Shown here in pieces: positions 29,594 to 40,414 of a stretch of 64,000 nt of DNA (within the stretch, counting starts at the first letter, position 1; every line of letters starts with the position of its first letter). Below the pieces are notes generated by a model that did not search any database, was not told the DNA's origin, and saw only the letters and a program-made list of their open reading frames with translations. Source of the stretch: Roseibacillus sp. (GTDB lineage Bacteria; Verrucomicrobiota; Verrucomicrobiia; Verrucomicrobiales; Akkermansiaceae); contig JBPOGI010000001.1 of NCBI GenBank assembly GCA_051251855.1, forward strand, positions 1,792,001 to 1,856,000, given 5' to 3'. Position numbers and translations under genes: made by a program.

Positions 29594-31084
29594 CTAACTC
29601 AGCGCCGAACCACGCAGACTCTCACTTAAAAACTGCCGCCGAGAAAGCACCTCGCGATAACGTTCATGCTCTTCTTGGTCAGGCTCACATCGACTACCCT
29701 CGGCAGGTTCAGCCGCATAGGCCGCGATTTCCTGATAGCTGAGGTCTTCCCCGCTCTCTGCAAAAAAGGTCACTGCCGCTTGCAAGGCTCCACCCAGTGC
29801 AGCCCCATCTCCCCCCTTCACCGCCGCCACCGGCAATCCAAAGACGTTCGACACCAGCTGCCGCCATACCCGACTCCGAGACCAATCTCCCGCCACATGC
29901 ACATGCTTAGGTTCGAAACCCAGTTCGGCGATTCGCTCCAAGCTATGCCCGAACTCGAGCGCCACCCCTTCAGCGGCCGCACGAGCCAAATTGATGGAAT
30001 TGTAGTTTTCACGCGTCATCCCGTGGAGGAATCTCGCCGGAACGCCGCTTTCCCCCGTCTCCGCCAGCGGCAAAAACACCAGCCCCCCCGCCCCACAAGG
30101 AGCCGCATGAACCGCCTGCTCCAACTTGTCAGACGACCAACCAAACGTACTGCTTACCATCTCCAACGGGTCTGTAGCCCCCAGCGTTGCCACCGTCGGC
30201 ATCCATTGGTCGGTGCTATCGCAAAAACAATTCACTTCCCCTCGAGGGTCCACAATGGGTTCCCGGCTCACTCCCGAAACACGGCCCTCATAGCCGAGCC
30301 TGACCGTCACTCCCCCAGAAGAAACATTACCCGCACCGATAGCTTCCATCATCGCAGTATTGCCACCCGCACTCACCAAAATCTCTCCTGACAACCCCCA
30401 TGAAGCCGCCAAATCCGCCCGCAATAACCCCTGCGACCCACGCGACGACGACAATGCTGGCAAACACTCTCCCAAGCGCGCATCGATCAGATTCAGAATC
30501 GGCTGCGACCACTCGCGACTCCGCACATCCATCAGCCCCGACACAGAAGCATCGCCAAACTCCATTCGCTTGGCGCCAGTCAGCCAATAGTTCAGAAAAT
30601 CATGGGGTGTCAATATCGTCGCCAACTGCTCAAAGTGATGCCGCTCACGCTTCTTCAACCAATGTAAAAAAGCCGGCGCGCCATCGTTGGAGACGACATT
30701 ACCAGTCAACTCAATCATCCCAGGAGGCCCCCCGAATGCTTGGCTAATTTCCTCGCTCTCTTGCAGCATTGTCAAATCGCCCGCTAACTTTGCTGGCCGC
30801 AAAATACGGTTATCACGATCCAGAGTAACTAGTCCGCCACTCTGAGCACTCACTCCAATCCCCGCTACCCGATCCCGGCCAGGCCCTAATCGCGCTAAAC
30901 ATTGCCGCACCGCTGAATCCAGCGCTGAAATCCAACCCGCAGGATCCTGCTCACGGGCTCCCTCCGGCAATCCCGAAAGCAACTGGTGATCCGAGGTCCC
31001 CTCAGCCACGACCGCTGCAGCCTCCAAATCCAACGCTGCTACAACAGTGCGGTGAACATTAGAATCAATACCGAGGAAGAACAT
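29594..31084 (-). CDS. FGGY-family xylulokinase-like protein with divergent active-site motifs
   Basis: FLGID, EQDP, PHDFLNYWLTG, MEFGDAS and ALGGALQA match the XylB fold; several catalytic motifs are altered. Confidence 0.8.
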   Translation of the reverse strand: MFFLGIDSNVHRTVVAALDLEAAAVVAEGTSDHQLLSGLPEGAREQDPAGWISALDSAVRQCLARLGPGRDRVAGIGVSAQSGGLVTLDRDNRILRPAKLAGDLTMLQESEEISQAFGGPPGMIELTGNVVSNDGAPAFLHWLKKRERHHFEQLATILTPHDFLNYWLTGAKRMEFGDASVSGLMDVRSREWSQPILNLIDARLGECLPALSSSRGSQGLLRADLAASWGLSGEILVSAGGNTAMMEAIGAGNVSSGGVTVRLGYEGRVSGVSREPIVDPRGEVNCFCDSTDQWMPTVATLGATDPLEMVSSTFGWSSDKLEQAVHAAPCGAGGLVFLPLAETGESGVPARFLHGMTRENYNSINLARAAAEGVALEFGHSLERIAELGFEPKHVHVAGDWSRSRVWRQLVSNVFGLPVAAVKGGDGAALGGALQAAVTFFAESGEDLSYQEIAAYAAEPAEGSRCEPDQEEHERYREVLSRRQFLSESLRGSALS

Positions 31085-31282
31085 GAGAGTTGGATAGTCA
31101 ATAACCTTTAAGCCTCTCTGACAATCGCGAAGACCGTTCTACCCTGACCGCATTGAATCCCGCCTGTGAGCCTATCTAGGGGACACCCCCAAGAAAGCGA
31201 AAGCCCCTGAGCAGTAAAGAGGAGCCCGTTCTTCACAAAAAGTGCTCCTCAAATTCTCATACGAGAGAGAAACTCACCGCAA

Positions 31283-33688
31283 TCACTCTTTTTTACGGCG
31301 ACCTCGCGAGGACTTCGTAGCGGTCTTTTTTGCGCTCGCCTTCCTAGAAGTGCGCTTTCGTGAACCACTGCTCTTAGAATTTCCACCCGAGTCACCCGAG
31401 TCACCCGAGTCTCTCGAGCCACGAGTATTTCGTTTCACTCCGCTCTTACGAGCCGAATTCTTCTTGGAGTTTCCTTGCGACTCTCCACCGGGAACGGTGG
31501 CAATCTCAACAATTGAGAAGTCTACCCTCTGCTCAACGAAGTCAATTTTCTTCACCTTAAGCTTCACCGGCACCCCACCCTGAACACGCTGGTCCCGGTT
31601 GTCGAAAGAAGGACCACTGCCATTAAACCTCCACCCTCGCCCCGGAAGGTCGTCAAATTTCACCAAGCCCTTCTGCATGATATCTGTTGCCTCCACGAAC
31701 AAGCCCATGGAACGCACCTCAGTTACTACCCCGACGAAGACGGGAGGATCGTCGGAAGTCCGAGTCATCTCTAGCCACTCTAAAAGCTTGAGAGTCTTCG
31801 TCTCTTGCTCAGCAAAGCTCGAGTTGCGCTCAGTCTCAGATATATGAACTGCAGCTTCTTTACACTCCTTCTGACCCATGGTTCGGTCAGGATTCTCAGG
31901 ACGATTACTCAGTAATCCCTGCAAAGCTCGGTGAACCACTAAGTCCGCATACCGCCGAATCGGACTCGTGAAGTGAGCATAATCTGCCTTAGCCAAGCCA
32001 TAGTGACCTAATGGCTCTTCAGAATACTCAGCACGGCGCAAACTACGCAAAAGACCTAACTTGATATTATGCTCCTCAGGAGTTCCAACCGCCTGATCAA
32101 TTACGGACTGCACGTGAGCTCGATTGGTCAAATCCCCCACCTCATAGCCATGGGCGCGGGCCGTCTCTCCAAACATCAGCAACTTTTCGGGATCCGGATC
32201 ATCGTGAATCCGATAAATGGCTGGCTTCTGCTTATCACGTAGAGCTTTAGCCACCGACTCGTTCGCCGCCAACATACATTCCTCAATAAGCTGGTGGCTC
32301 TCACAATGCTCCACCTTCAAGTAGCCAGTGGCATCTTTAGTCTTCTCATCGACCAAAACCTTAATCTCATCCATCTCCATGTCGAGGGCACCCCGCTTGA
32401 ATCGGCGCTTGCGTAGAATACTCGCCAGCTTCCAAGCCTCTGGAATCATCGTCTCAAGCTCCTTCTTGAGTTTACCCTTGAAGCGAGGTGGGACACTACC
32501 CCCATCCAACACCACCTGAGCATCTTCGTAAGCCAACTTAGCCTGACTATTGATAAAAGCATCCACAAAGGAACTCTTCTTCATCAAGCCCTGCGCATCG
32601 AACTCCATCACAGCGCACTTCGTCAGCCGCACCTCATCGGGCCGCAGCGAACAAATGCCATTACTTAAATTCTCCGGTAACATCGGCAGCACTCGATCCA
32701 CGAGGTAAGTCGAGTTCCCTCGCTTGAGGGCTTCTTTGTCCAATGCCGTGCCCGGTTTCACATAGTGGGATACGTCTGCAATGTGCACCGCAAGCGTCCA
32801 ACCGCCCCCCTTCTTGGCCTCTATCCAAATCGCGTCGTCGTGGTCCTTGGCATCCGCAGGATCGATAGTCACCACTAAGCGGTCGGTCCAGTCCTCACGG
32901 CGAGCCTTCTCGTCTTCAGGCACCTCAATCGCCACTCTTTCGGCCTCGTCCACCACCACGTCGGGGAAGTGTGTTTGTAAGCCATACTTGTGGACCACGC
33001 TCATAATATCGACCCCGGGGCTATCTGGCCAACCGATGATCTCCTTCACGCTACCCCGTGGGTCTTGTCCTTTGCGCCACTCGATGAGCTGCACCGCCAC
33101 CTTCTGACCATCCTTGGCCTCGGATTTCCCCTCCAACTCGAGAGTCTGGGGCAAAGCCTCCGAATCAGGCTGCACGTAGGCAAAGCCTTTTCTGTCGAAA
33201 TAGGTTCCAACCACGAGACGATCGGTGCGCTTCACGATACTCTCGATCGTTCCATGTGGATCCACCTCGCCATCGCGACCTCGCTTAAGAACGACCTTCA
33301 CCTGCACCGTATCTCCATCCATGGCCACACCAGTGCGGCCGCCAGGAATGTAAATCCGCTTCACCGTATCAAGGTCAAAGCCGCTGTTCTCATTCGCTGG
33401 TTCATTGAGGTCTGGATAAACGGTGCCATGGCCCTTCGGAAAAATCCGAATACGTCCAATGAGCATCCCTTTGCCACCTGAATTCTTACTCTCGGCAACG
33501 TCGATACGTGCTTTCTTACCTGGCTTCAGACTCCCGTCCTCCACCATCTCACTTAAAATCCTTCGAAATTCAGCGCGTTCCTTAGGCGCTAGACCCAACT
33601 CACGGGCCATTTCACTCTTCGTCAGAGGTCGAGCCCCTGGTTTCGCGAGCAACTCAACGATGCTCTTTCTCAATTGTTTTTCGTTCAC
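31283..33688 (-). CDS. rnr: Ribonuclease R
   Basis: TIDPADAKDHDDA, HIADVS, HFTSPIRRYADL, S1 domain, basic tail. GTG at 33688 chosen as start. Confidence 0.95.
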   Translation of the reverse strand: MNEKQLRKSIVELLAKPGARPLTKSEMARELGLAPKERAEFRRILSEMVEDGSLKPGKKARIDVAESKNSGGKGMLIGRIRIFPKGHGTVYPDLNEPANENSGFDLDTVKRIYIPGGRTGVAMDGDTVQVKVVLKRGRDGEVDPHGTIESIVKRTDRLVVGTYFDRKGFAYVQPDSEALPQTLELEGKSEAKDGQKVAVQLIEWRKGQDPRGSVKEIIGWPDSPGVDIMSVVHKYGLQTHFPDVVVDEAERVAIEVPEDEKARREDWTDRLVVTIDPADAKDHDDAIWIEAKKGGGWTLAVHIADVSHYVKPGTALDKEALKRGNSTYLVDRVLPMLPENLSNGICSLRPDEVRLTKCAVMEFDAQGLMKKSSFVDAFINSQAKLAYEDAQVVLDGGSVPPRFKGKLKKELETMIPEAWKLASILRKRRFKRGALDMEMDEIKVLVDEKTKDATGYLKVEHCESHQLIEECMLAANESVAKALRDKQKPAIYRIHDDPDPEKLLMFGETARAHGYEVGDLTNRAHVQSVIDQAVGTPEEHNIKLGLLRSLRRAEYSEEPLGHYGLAKADYAHFTSPIRRYADLVVHRALQGLLSNRPENPDRTMGQKECKEAAVHISETERNSSFAEQETKTLKLLEWLEMTRTSDDPPVFVGVVTEVRSMGLFVEATDIMQKGLVKFDDLPGRGWRFNGSGPSFDNRDQRVQGGVPVKLKVKKIDFVEQRVDFSIVEIATVPGGESQGNSKKNSARKSGVKRNTRGSRDSGDSGDSGGNSKSSGSRKRTSRKASAKKTATKSSRGRRKKE

Positions 33689-33844
33689 TAAAAAAGTTTT
33701 TCTACTAGGTTTCCCGTAGCTCAATCCCTGACCTGCCAATATGCATGAATATAGAACGAGCCCTAGGGGTGGGTTCGACGAGACGTCGGGGGGAGAAGGA
33801 AGGGCCAAAAGGAGCGTCTGCTGGGGGGCGCTCGCACATGAGTC

Positions 33845-34873
33845 TTAATTCCGGTTCGGAAACTCGTCGGTTAAGAGAGCAACAAATCGCTCTCCCGATG
33901 CGGTGAGAGTCGCAGTAGATCCCGTTCCTGTCAACCTCCCGATTGTATAGTGCTTATGATCAATGCGGGTAGAGCGAATATAAGTCACCGTCGGCTTGGC
34001 CACTTCACGGTTACTGGGAGCCACTCCGATCAAGAATCCCGACCGCGTAAAGGCCATCTCCCATGACTTGCACTGCTTATCATGATTACCAAAGCCCATC
34101 CAGCGATAGCGACGAACAATCGGCAATGGGCCCGTCGTAGTCCGCGGCACCGTAATGCGATAGTGCTGGGGCAAGGCATGAATATGCTTCGCTAAATTGA
34201 AATTGGGGTCCTGCCGCAACTTCAGGTAAATATCAGCTAAATCAATCCCCGACATGTTGATTCCATTGTGATTCCCATGCGGATTGGCCGACCCCATGTA
34301 ATGCAGCATCCAGTCGTTAAAACGCTCAGACATCACGATATTGAGCTCAAGATGAACATGAGCTCGCGAATTATTGAGACCACTTCCAGTCGAGCCTAAG
34401 ATGCCCAGAATCGAACCCGGCGACACCCGCTGCCCCGCCTGAACAGCCGTCGAAGCCAAATGCGCATACAAGGAACAAATAGGCCCATAGCCGAAGTCAT
34501 GCTCCACCACGACATACTTACCATAGTTTGAGCGATTCGCGGTCGCATTGACATAAGCCACTACCCCTCCTGCAATCGACTTCACGGGGTCGGTCGGAAT
34601 CCCCCGCGAATCTCTCGCCACGGGTCGAATATCTAATCCTTCATGAAAACGAGTGTAGACCCTCCCCTGCGGAAACTCGCGCACATTGCGAACAAAGCCC
34701 CATGAACCTGACTCCGGAGGTCGGCTCGTCAAATTTGTGGGCATATAAAAACCCGCCAAATCACCCCGAAAAAGAGCATCGTTCGCGGTGGGTAGCTGTA
34801 GCGACAATCGCTGCCCTAACAATACAGATGAAGTCAGCCCTCCCGCAATGAGAGCCAGAAGTAGTTGTCTCAT
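33845..34873 (-). CDS. M23 family metallopeptidase
   Basis: HEGLD, YAHL, HVHLE motifs; signal peptide. Confidence 0.88.
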   Translation of the reverse strand: MRQLLLALIAGGLTSSVLLGQRLSLQLPTANDALFRGDLAGFYMPTNLTSRPPESGSWGFVRNVREFPQGRVYTRFHEGLDIRPVARDSRGIPTDPVKSIAGGVVAYVNATANRSNYGKYVVVEHDFGYGPICSLYAHLASTAVQAGQRVSPGSILGILGSTGSGLNNSRAHVHLELNIVMSERFNDWMLHYMGSANPHGNHNGINMSGIDLADIYLKLRQDPNFNLAKHIHALPQHYRITVPRTTTGPLPIVRRYRWMGFGNHDKQCKSWEMAFTRSGFLIGVAPSNREVAKPTVTYIRSTRIDHKHYTIGRLTGTGSTATLTASGERFVALLTDEFPNRN

Positions 34874-35361
34874 TTCTTCTTCTGCTTTTTCCACTCCTTC
34901 ACTGACTGTCCGATGCGTGGCATCATTTTATCCGCCATCGAAATCTCCTTCACAGTGACACCCTGCCAAATCACCAAGAGACCATCGTTTACGGTCCGGT
35001 CAATCTCAACGACATCCAAGGGACGACCGTTGATACGAGCCATTAGCAGCTTCCCTTGATTGGCATTCGTGGTTGCAGCGAGGCGCTGGGCTCCTGTCCG
35101 AGTCAGCTTCAACATCACTCCGTAGGAATAACCATCGTCAGCAGGAAAAGGACGAAAAGACTCGATATCATGAGTCGAAATCTCAGGCGAAAGACGAAAG
35201 AACACTCGCGCTCCAGCCACCTCTTGCGGGACTGACATCTTTGGACCGTCCGTCTCCGCCCCTTGTAAATTAAACTGCACCACCAGCTTCTCATCCTTCT
35301 TGCTCCCCGCCATCAGGCTCAGGCAGCAAAGAAGCCAAACGGCCAAAATTGAAGTCTTCAT
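34870..35361 (-). CDS. Secreted protein, SecDF P1-head-like domain
   Basis: Signal peptide; LTRTGAQRLAATTNANQGKLL resembles the SecD head subdomain. Confidence 0.55.
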   Translation of the reverse strand: MKTSILAVWLLCCLSLMAGSKKDEKLVVQFNLQGAETDGPKMSVPQEVAGARVFFRLSPEISTHDIESFRPFPADDGYSYGVMLKLTRTGAQRLAATTNANQGKLLMARINGRPLDVVEIDRTVNDGLLVIWQGVTVKEISMADKMMPRIGQSVKEWKKQKKK

Positions 35362-35487
35362 CGCCTCCTGAGTATCGGAAATCCCTCTCTAGGTCAAAGT
35401 CCGACCCCGCTAATCTTTGACACCCGTTGAATTCCCTCGCTTCCGACCTCGAGCGAGGAACGATAGATTCCTCACAATTCGCCAGTA

Positions 35488-38400
35488 ATGCCCACAGACA
35501 ACCACTTCATGAGACTCTCCTCACTTATCCTCTCTACGGCCTGCCTTTTCATCTCAACCGTCCTTTCTGCAGAAGAACCCTCATCCCAAAGCCTCACGCA
35601 GCGCCAAGTCTTGCAAAAATTCAACGATTTTGGGATTCCTGAGCTCGAAAAAGGGAAAGAACTCTACGAACGCGTCTGCCTCGTTTGCCATGGAAATCAG
35701 GAACAAGGGGTCATCAACGAGACCATCCGGCAGTTCCACACTCAGGAACTCAAGAATGGTTCCGATCCCTACTCACTTTATCAAACCCTCACCAAAGGCT
35801 TTAACACCATGGTTCCCCAAACCTGGATGAAGCCCGAGGAAAAATATTACGTCATCCATTACATCCGAGAAGCCTTTTTCCGCGAGGCCAACCCCAGCCA
35901 ATACATCGATATTGACGAAGCCTACCTCGCTGCTCTCGACACCGAAGAAATCAACAAGGAACCACTCCAGTGGCCAATTGACAACACCCCTGTCCAGCTG
36001 CGGGAGGAAGTCGCGCCCTCTGAAGTCGACCTCGGTCGCGCCCTTTTTGGACACTTCGAAGTAGACGCCAACAACACTGTCCCCAAAGGCCTCATCGTGG
36101 CCTTAGACCCCGATGCAAAAAGCGTCGCTGACTCTCAGCACAACGCCCTCTACGATCTCGATACCGGACGCCTCGCCGCCTTCTGGACGGGCGGCTCTCT
36201 CGATTGGGAAGATCTCAACTACAACGGGAAACACTCGCGCAACGCCCGCATCGTCGGCGAAGCCGTTTTAGAATCTCCCATGGGCCTCGCCTGGGCCACC
36301 TCTACCGAAGTACTCCCCGGACAAGGACCAGACTTTCGAGACCCCCGAGAAGAAGGCCGCGATGGACGTCGCTATGGCCCCTTACCCAAAAAGCATTATC
36401 AATACATGGGACTCTTCCTCGATGGCGAACATCCCACCCTCCACTACACCGTTCATGATGCCGAAGTCCTCGATAGCACCTACCTACGGGTCATCGACGA
36501 CGTCGCCTATTACGTTCGCTCCCTTCATATCGCTCCCCACCAAAAAACGCTCTATCTTCGTGCCCAAGGCAAACAAGAACACGTTACTACCAAGACCAAC
36601 TTACGCCCCTTCAACTCCATCGGCATCAACGACGGCATCTTTCGTGTTGAACCATCCAACAAACGGCGAGTCTTTCACTTCGTCGCCACCGCCCCAGAGC
36701 ATCGAGAGACTCTCAATAAAACCCCTTTGAACAAACTCTGGTATCCCACTCCTCCCCCCTTCACAGAAATCACTGCCACCACCGCCCAGTACGGAAAATC
36801 ACCCACTCAAAAAACCTTCCCCTCAAACGAAGTCGGCCAAGCTGTCTACAAGCAAGGCAACCCCGACGAGTCCTTCCGAATCGACACTATCGAACTTCCC
36901 GAAGACTTCACCAACCCTTGGAAGACGCGCCTCCGATTCTCCGGTATCGACTACCTTGACGAGAATACGGCTGCCATCTCCTCTTGGACAGGAGGACTCT
37001 ACCTCGCCAAAAACATTCGAGGCACCGATGGTCCTACCGTCTCTCTTTCTCGCATCACTGCCGGACTCCATCAACCGCTCGGACTCGTCGTTCGAGATGG
37101 CGAAATCTTCGTCGGCTGCCGCGACCAAATCATGCGACCTCACGACTTCAACAACGATGGCGTCGCCGACTATTTGGAGGCCTTCAATACCGACCATGTT
37201 GTCACCATGCACTTCCACGACTTTGCTGGAGGCCTTGATACCGACCCCGAGGGCAACTTCTACTACAGCAAGTGCTCCCAGCACCTCGACCCTGCCATCA
37301 TCGAACGCCATGGCTCCCTTATCAAAGTCAGATCCGACGGCGAGAATTCCGAAATCGTGGCCCGTGGACTCCGCTCTAACAACGGCTGTTTCTTTGATGA
37401 AAAAACCAACCTCGTCTGGCTCACCGACCAAGAAGGATTCTGGAACCCGCAAAATAAAATCATCCGCGTACAGCCTGACTCCTTCAACGGCAACATGCTT
37501 GCCTTCTACGACTCTAACAAAGTCACCCACGCTGATACCGACTCCACCGAACCCATGGTCTGGCTCCCCAAAATATTCGCCAACTCTCCCTCCGAAGTCT
37601 TCCGCTTTCCCGACCGTGGCTGGGGCGGACTTAATGGCGTCCTAGGCTACTTCGAGTATGGCAAGGGCCGCATCATGGTTCTGCCTCACGAGGAAAAAAA
37701 TGGCACCGTGCAAGGCGCATCCCACGGGCTTCCCATTCCCGACTTCCCCACTGGCATCATGCGCGGACGATTCCACCCAGATGACCAATCACTCCTCGCC
37801 TGCGGGCTCTTTGGCTGGGGCAGCAGCCGAACTCAGACCGGCGGACTCTTCCGAATCATCCCCACCGAGAAACCTAGTCATAGCCTCGTCGGATTCGAGG
37901 CCTCACCGGGCAAATTGAGCCTCACATTCTCGGATCCCATTTTGAACCATCAAATTGACCCCACCGATATTCAGTTAACCTCCTTTCACATCGAGCGCTC
38001 TGCCAAATACGGCTCCCAACTCAAAGGCGAAACCCATTGGCCCGTCACTGACCTCTCCCTCTCGGACGACGGCCTCACCCTCGCCTTGCAAGTCCCCTCT
38101 CTCGCGCCCACCCGCGTGCTCAACATCAAACTCAAACTCCCCGGAGAAGACGGCCCCATCCAACGCGAAATCCACGCTTCTATCTACCACCTTGGAGAGC
38201 AAAGCTACGATTCCATCCAATCGAGGGAAAATGCGAAAGAAGTAGATCGGGCTCGGACTGAAATCATTGTCCCCTCAGCCCACCCCATTCCAGGAAAAAT
38301 CCAAGCCGAAGCCTTTCGCAACGGCCCAGAAGGAGACGCATATCACGACACGGACGACAAAGAAGGCACGAAAGAATTCCGCCCCAAAAGCCGAGTCGAC

Positions 38401-38736
38401 CTAGAGCCCAGCCGAGACAAAGACACGACCCCCAGCATCGGATGGATCCGCAATGGGGAATGGCTCACCTACACAATCGAAGTTAAGAAACCCTTCCAAA
38501 CAACCCCCAGCTTCCGAATCGCCTCTAAAGCTCGCGCCAAACTCATCCTCGAATTGAAAACCGAAGAACAGGACAAGTTCCTTGAATTATCGAGTCTCAA
38601 CATCGAGAGCACCGGTGGCATCTACAGTTGGAAGAACCAAAAGGGCTCAGCCTTCGAACTCCCTGCAGGCACCCACACCCTCCGGATTCGAGTGGAGAAG
38701 GGATCCTTCAACTTCAACTGGTTCGAGCTGCCTTAG
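35488..38736 (+). CDS. Multidomain secreted protein: cytochrome c, DUF6797-type region, beta-propeller, CBM6-like domain
   Basis: CLVCH heme motif, GLHQPLGL, GLRSNNG, TDQEGFW; C-terminal IQAEAF...IGWIRNGEWLTY...NFNWF. Confidence 0.8.
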   Translation: MPTDNHFMRLSSLILSTACLFISTVLSAEEPSSQSLTQRQVLQKFNDFGIPELEKGKELYERVCLVCHGNQEQGVINETIRQFHTQELKNGSDPYSLYQTLTKGFNTMVPQTWMKPEEKYYVIHYIREAFFREANPSQYIDIDEAYLAALDTEEINKEPLQWPIDNTPVQLREEVAPSEVDLGRALFGHFEVDANNTVPKGLIVALDPDAKSVADSQHNALYDLDTGRLAAFWTGGSLDWEDLNYNGKHSRNARIVGEAVLESPMGLAWATSTEVLPGQGPDFRDPREEGRDGRRYGPLPKKHYQYMGLFLDGEHPTLHYTVHDAEVLDSTYLRVIDDVAYYVRSLHIAPHQKTLYLRAQGKQEHVTTKTNLRPFNSIGINDGIFRVEPSNKRRVFHFVATAPEHRETLNKTPLNKLWYPTPPPFTEITATTAQYGKSPTQKTFPSNEVGQAVYKQGNPDESFRIDTIELPEDFTNPWKTRLRFSGIDYLDENTAAISSWTGGLYLAKNIRGTDGPTVSLSRITAGLHQPLGLVVRDGEIFVGCRDQIMRPHDFNNDGVADYLEAFNTDHVVTMHFHDFAGGLDTDPEGNFYYSKCSQHLDPAIIERHGSLIKVRSDGENSEIVARGLRSNNGCFFDEKTNLVWLTDQEGFWNPQNKIIRVQPDSFNGNMLAFYDSNKVTHADTDSTEPMVWLPKIFANSPSEVFRFPDRGWGGLNGVLGYFEYGKGRIMVLPHEEKNGTVQGASHGLPIPDFPTGIMRGRFHPDDQSLLACGLFGWGSSRTQTGGLFRIIPTEKPSHSLVGFEASPGKLSLTFSDPILNHQIDPTDIQLTSFHIERSAKYGSQLKGETHWPVTDLSLSDDGLTLALQVPSLAPTRVLNIKLKLPGEDGPIQREIHASIYHLGEQSYDSIQSRENAKEVDRARTEIIVPSAHPIPGKIQAEAFRNGPEGDAYHDTDDKEGTKEFRPKSRVDLEPSRDKDTTPSIGWIRNGEWLTYTIEVKKPFQTTPSFRIASKARAKLILELKTEEQDKFLELSSLNIESTGGIYSWKNQKGSAFELPAGTHTLRIRVEKGSFNFNWFELP

Positions 38737-38846
38737 CACTTCCAACAGACAGCAACATTCCTAAGACTGTTGAAAAAATCCTCCACTGCCGCAATTGCGC
38801 CGTTCCCGTCTTGCCAGAAGCGGCTGCTCTCGCTCAGTCTCCCCTC

Positions 38847-39362
38847 ATGAAGCATCTGTGGCTTAGCCTCTTTTCCCTCTCCGCTCTCCTGTTCGCCAGT
38901 TGCGGCGTCTCTGGTGGAGCCTACACCGGCGGCGGCAGCCCCAATATGGGTGGCCCTACCGCTGATGAGCGAAAGCTTCAAATCGCCACCGAGCCACGCG
39001 GGGATTTTTTCTATGGTCGTCGTTATCACGTCAAAAAAACCCGCTTTTGGGGCTTCATCCGCAAGCCGGGACAAGACTGGACCAAAGCCAAGCTCGTCGT
39101 CTTTAACGAGAAGATGGGCCGCCAGCCCGACCGCTACTCCGAGATTGGTCCTCCAGAAAAACGCTACGGCTTCGACAACAATTACGAATACCGTATCAAA
39201 GGCTACTTCAGCGGCGAAAAGGTCTATGAGATCAACTCGAACCAGTTTCTCCCCGAATTTGTCCTCACAGGCTACGAGCTTCTCGACAAAGACCCTGGCT
39301 GGCTCTTTTCACCACAGGACCACTTCGACCACTCCCGTATCACTCTTACTCCACGCTTCTAA
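38847..39362 (+). CDS. Hypothetical lipoprotein
   Basis: MKHLWLSLFSLSALLFASC contains a lipobox. Confidence 0.75.
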   Translation: MKHLWLSLFSLSALLFASCGVSGGAYTGGGSPNMGGPTADERKLQIATEPRGDFFYGRRYHVKKTRFWGFIRKPGQDWTKAKLVVFNEKMGRQPDRYSEIGPPEKRYGFDNNYEYRIKGYFSGEKVYEINSNQFLPEFVLTGYELLDKDPGWLFSPQDHFDHSRITLTPRF

Positions 39363-39370
39363 CTAATCAT

Positions 39371-40411
39371 ATGAGCTCACAAAACGACCTCAACGTCGTC
39401 GCCAACAATCCTCTCCCCTCGCCGGCCTTTCTCCAATCCGAGATCCCAGCCACCGCCGACCAAGCCGAACTGATCACCACTTCGCGGCGCGAGATTAGTG
39501 ACATCATCTACGGTCGAGACGACCGCTTTTTACTCATCGTCGGTCCTTGTTCCATTCACGATCCTGAAGCATGCCGCGAGTATGCCGAACGTCTCGCCAA
39601 ACTTTCCCAAGAAGTGCGCGAGAAAATCCTCATCGTAATGCGCGTCTATTTCGAAAAGCCCCGCACTACCGTTGGATGGAAAGGGCTCATCATGGACCCC
39701 GACCTCGATGGCTCCGACAATATCATCAAAGGCCTCACCGCCGCGCGAACCTTCTTGCGCGAAACCCTCTCACTCGGTCTCCCCACCGCCACCGAACTCC
39801 TCGACCCCATCACTCCGCAATTCATCGCCGACCTCATCAGCTGGTCCGCCATCGGCGCGCGCACTTCGGAGTCACAGACCCATCGCCAAATGGCTTCCGG
39901 GCTCTCCATGCCCCTCGGCTTCAAAAATGCTACCTCCGGCTCTCTCAAAGCAGCCACCAATGCCATCAAAGCTGCCACCCAACCCCAAACCTTCCTCGGC
40001 GTCTCAGCACAAGGCATCGCTTCTGCCGTCTCCACGAAGGGCAATCCTCATTGTCACCTTATCCTACGCGGAGGCGAAAACGGGCCCAACTTCGACGAGG
40101 CCAGCATCGCCCGCTCTTGCGAGATTCTCCGCGAGTCCAACCTTCCCGAGACCGTCATGATCGACGCCTCCCACGCCAACTGCGGCAAGAAGCAGGAACA
40201 GATGCCCGCCGTCTTCGAGAACATCATTGCCCAGCGAGTCGCCGGCAACAAAGCCATCACCGGAGCCATGCTTGAGTCCCATCTTGTAGCCGGCAATCAG
40301 CCCTTCCCGCAACCTCTCGACCAATTGACGCGCGGTCAGTCCATCACAGACCAGTGCATTGACTGGGCTACCACCGAGCGTCTCATCAAGGATGCCGCCG
40401 CAGCCCTCTAA
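39371..40411 (+). CDS. aroG: 3-deoxy-7-phosphoheptulonate (DAHP) synthase, class I
   Basis: GPCSIHD, YFEKPRTTVGWKG, IGARTSESQTHR, DASHAN, SITDQC. The isozyme (aroF/G/H) cannot be distinguished. Confidence 0.95.
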   Translation: MSSQNDLNVVANNPLPSPAFLQSEIPATADQAELITTSRREISDIIYGRDDRFLLIVGPCSIHDPEACREYAERLAKLSQEVREKILIVMRVYFEKPRTTVGWKGLIMDPDLDGSDNIIKGLTAARTFLRETLSLGLPTATELLDPITPQFIADLISWSAIGARTSESQTHRQMASGLSMPLGFKNATSGSLKAATNAIKAATQPQTFLGVSAQGIASAVSTKGNPHCHLILRGGENGPNFDEASIARSCEILRESNLPETVMIDASHANCGKKQEQMPAVFENIIAQRVAGNKAITGAMLESHLVAGNQPFPQPLDQLTRGQSITDQCIDWATTERLIKDAAAAL

Positions 40412-40414
40412 CAC

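Noticed and set aside
31384..31410. 9-bp tandem repeat (cacccgagt x3)
   Set aside because: In-frame DSG repeat in the disordered RNase R tail.
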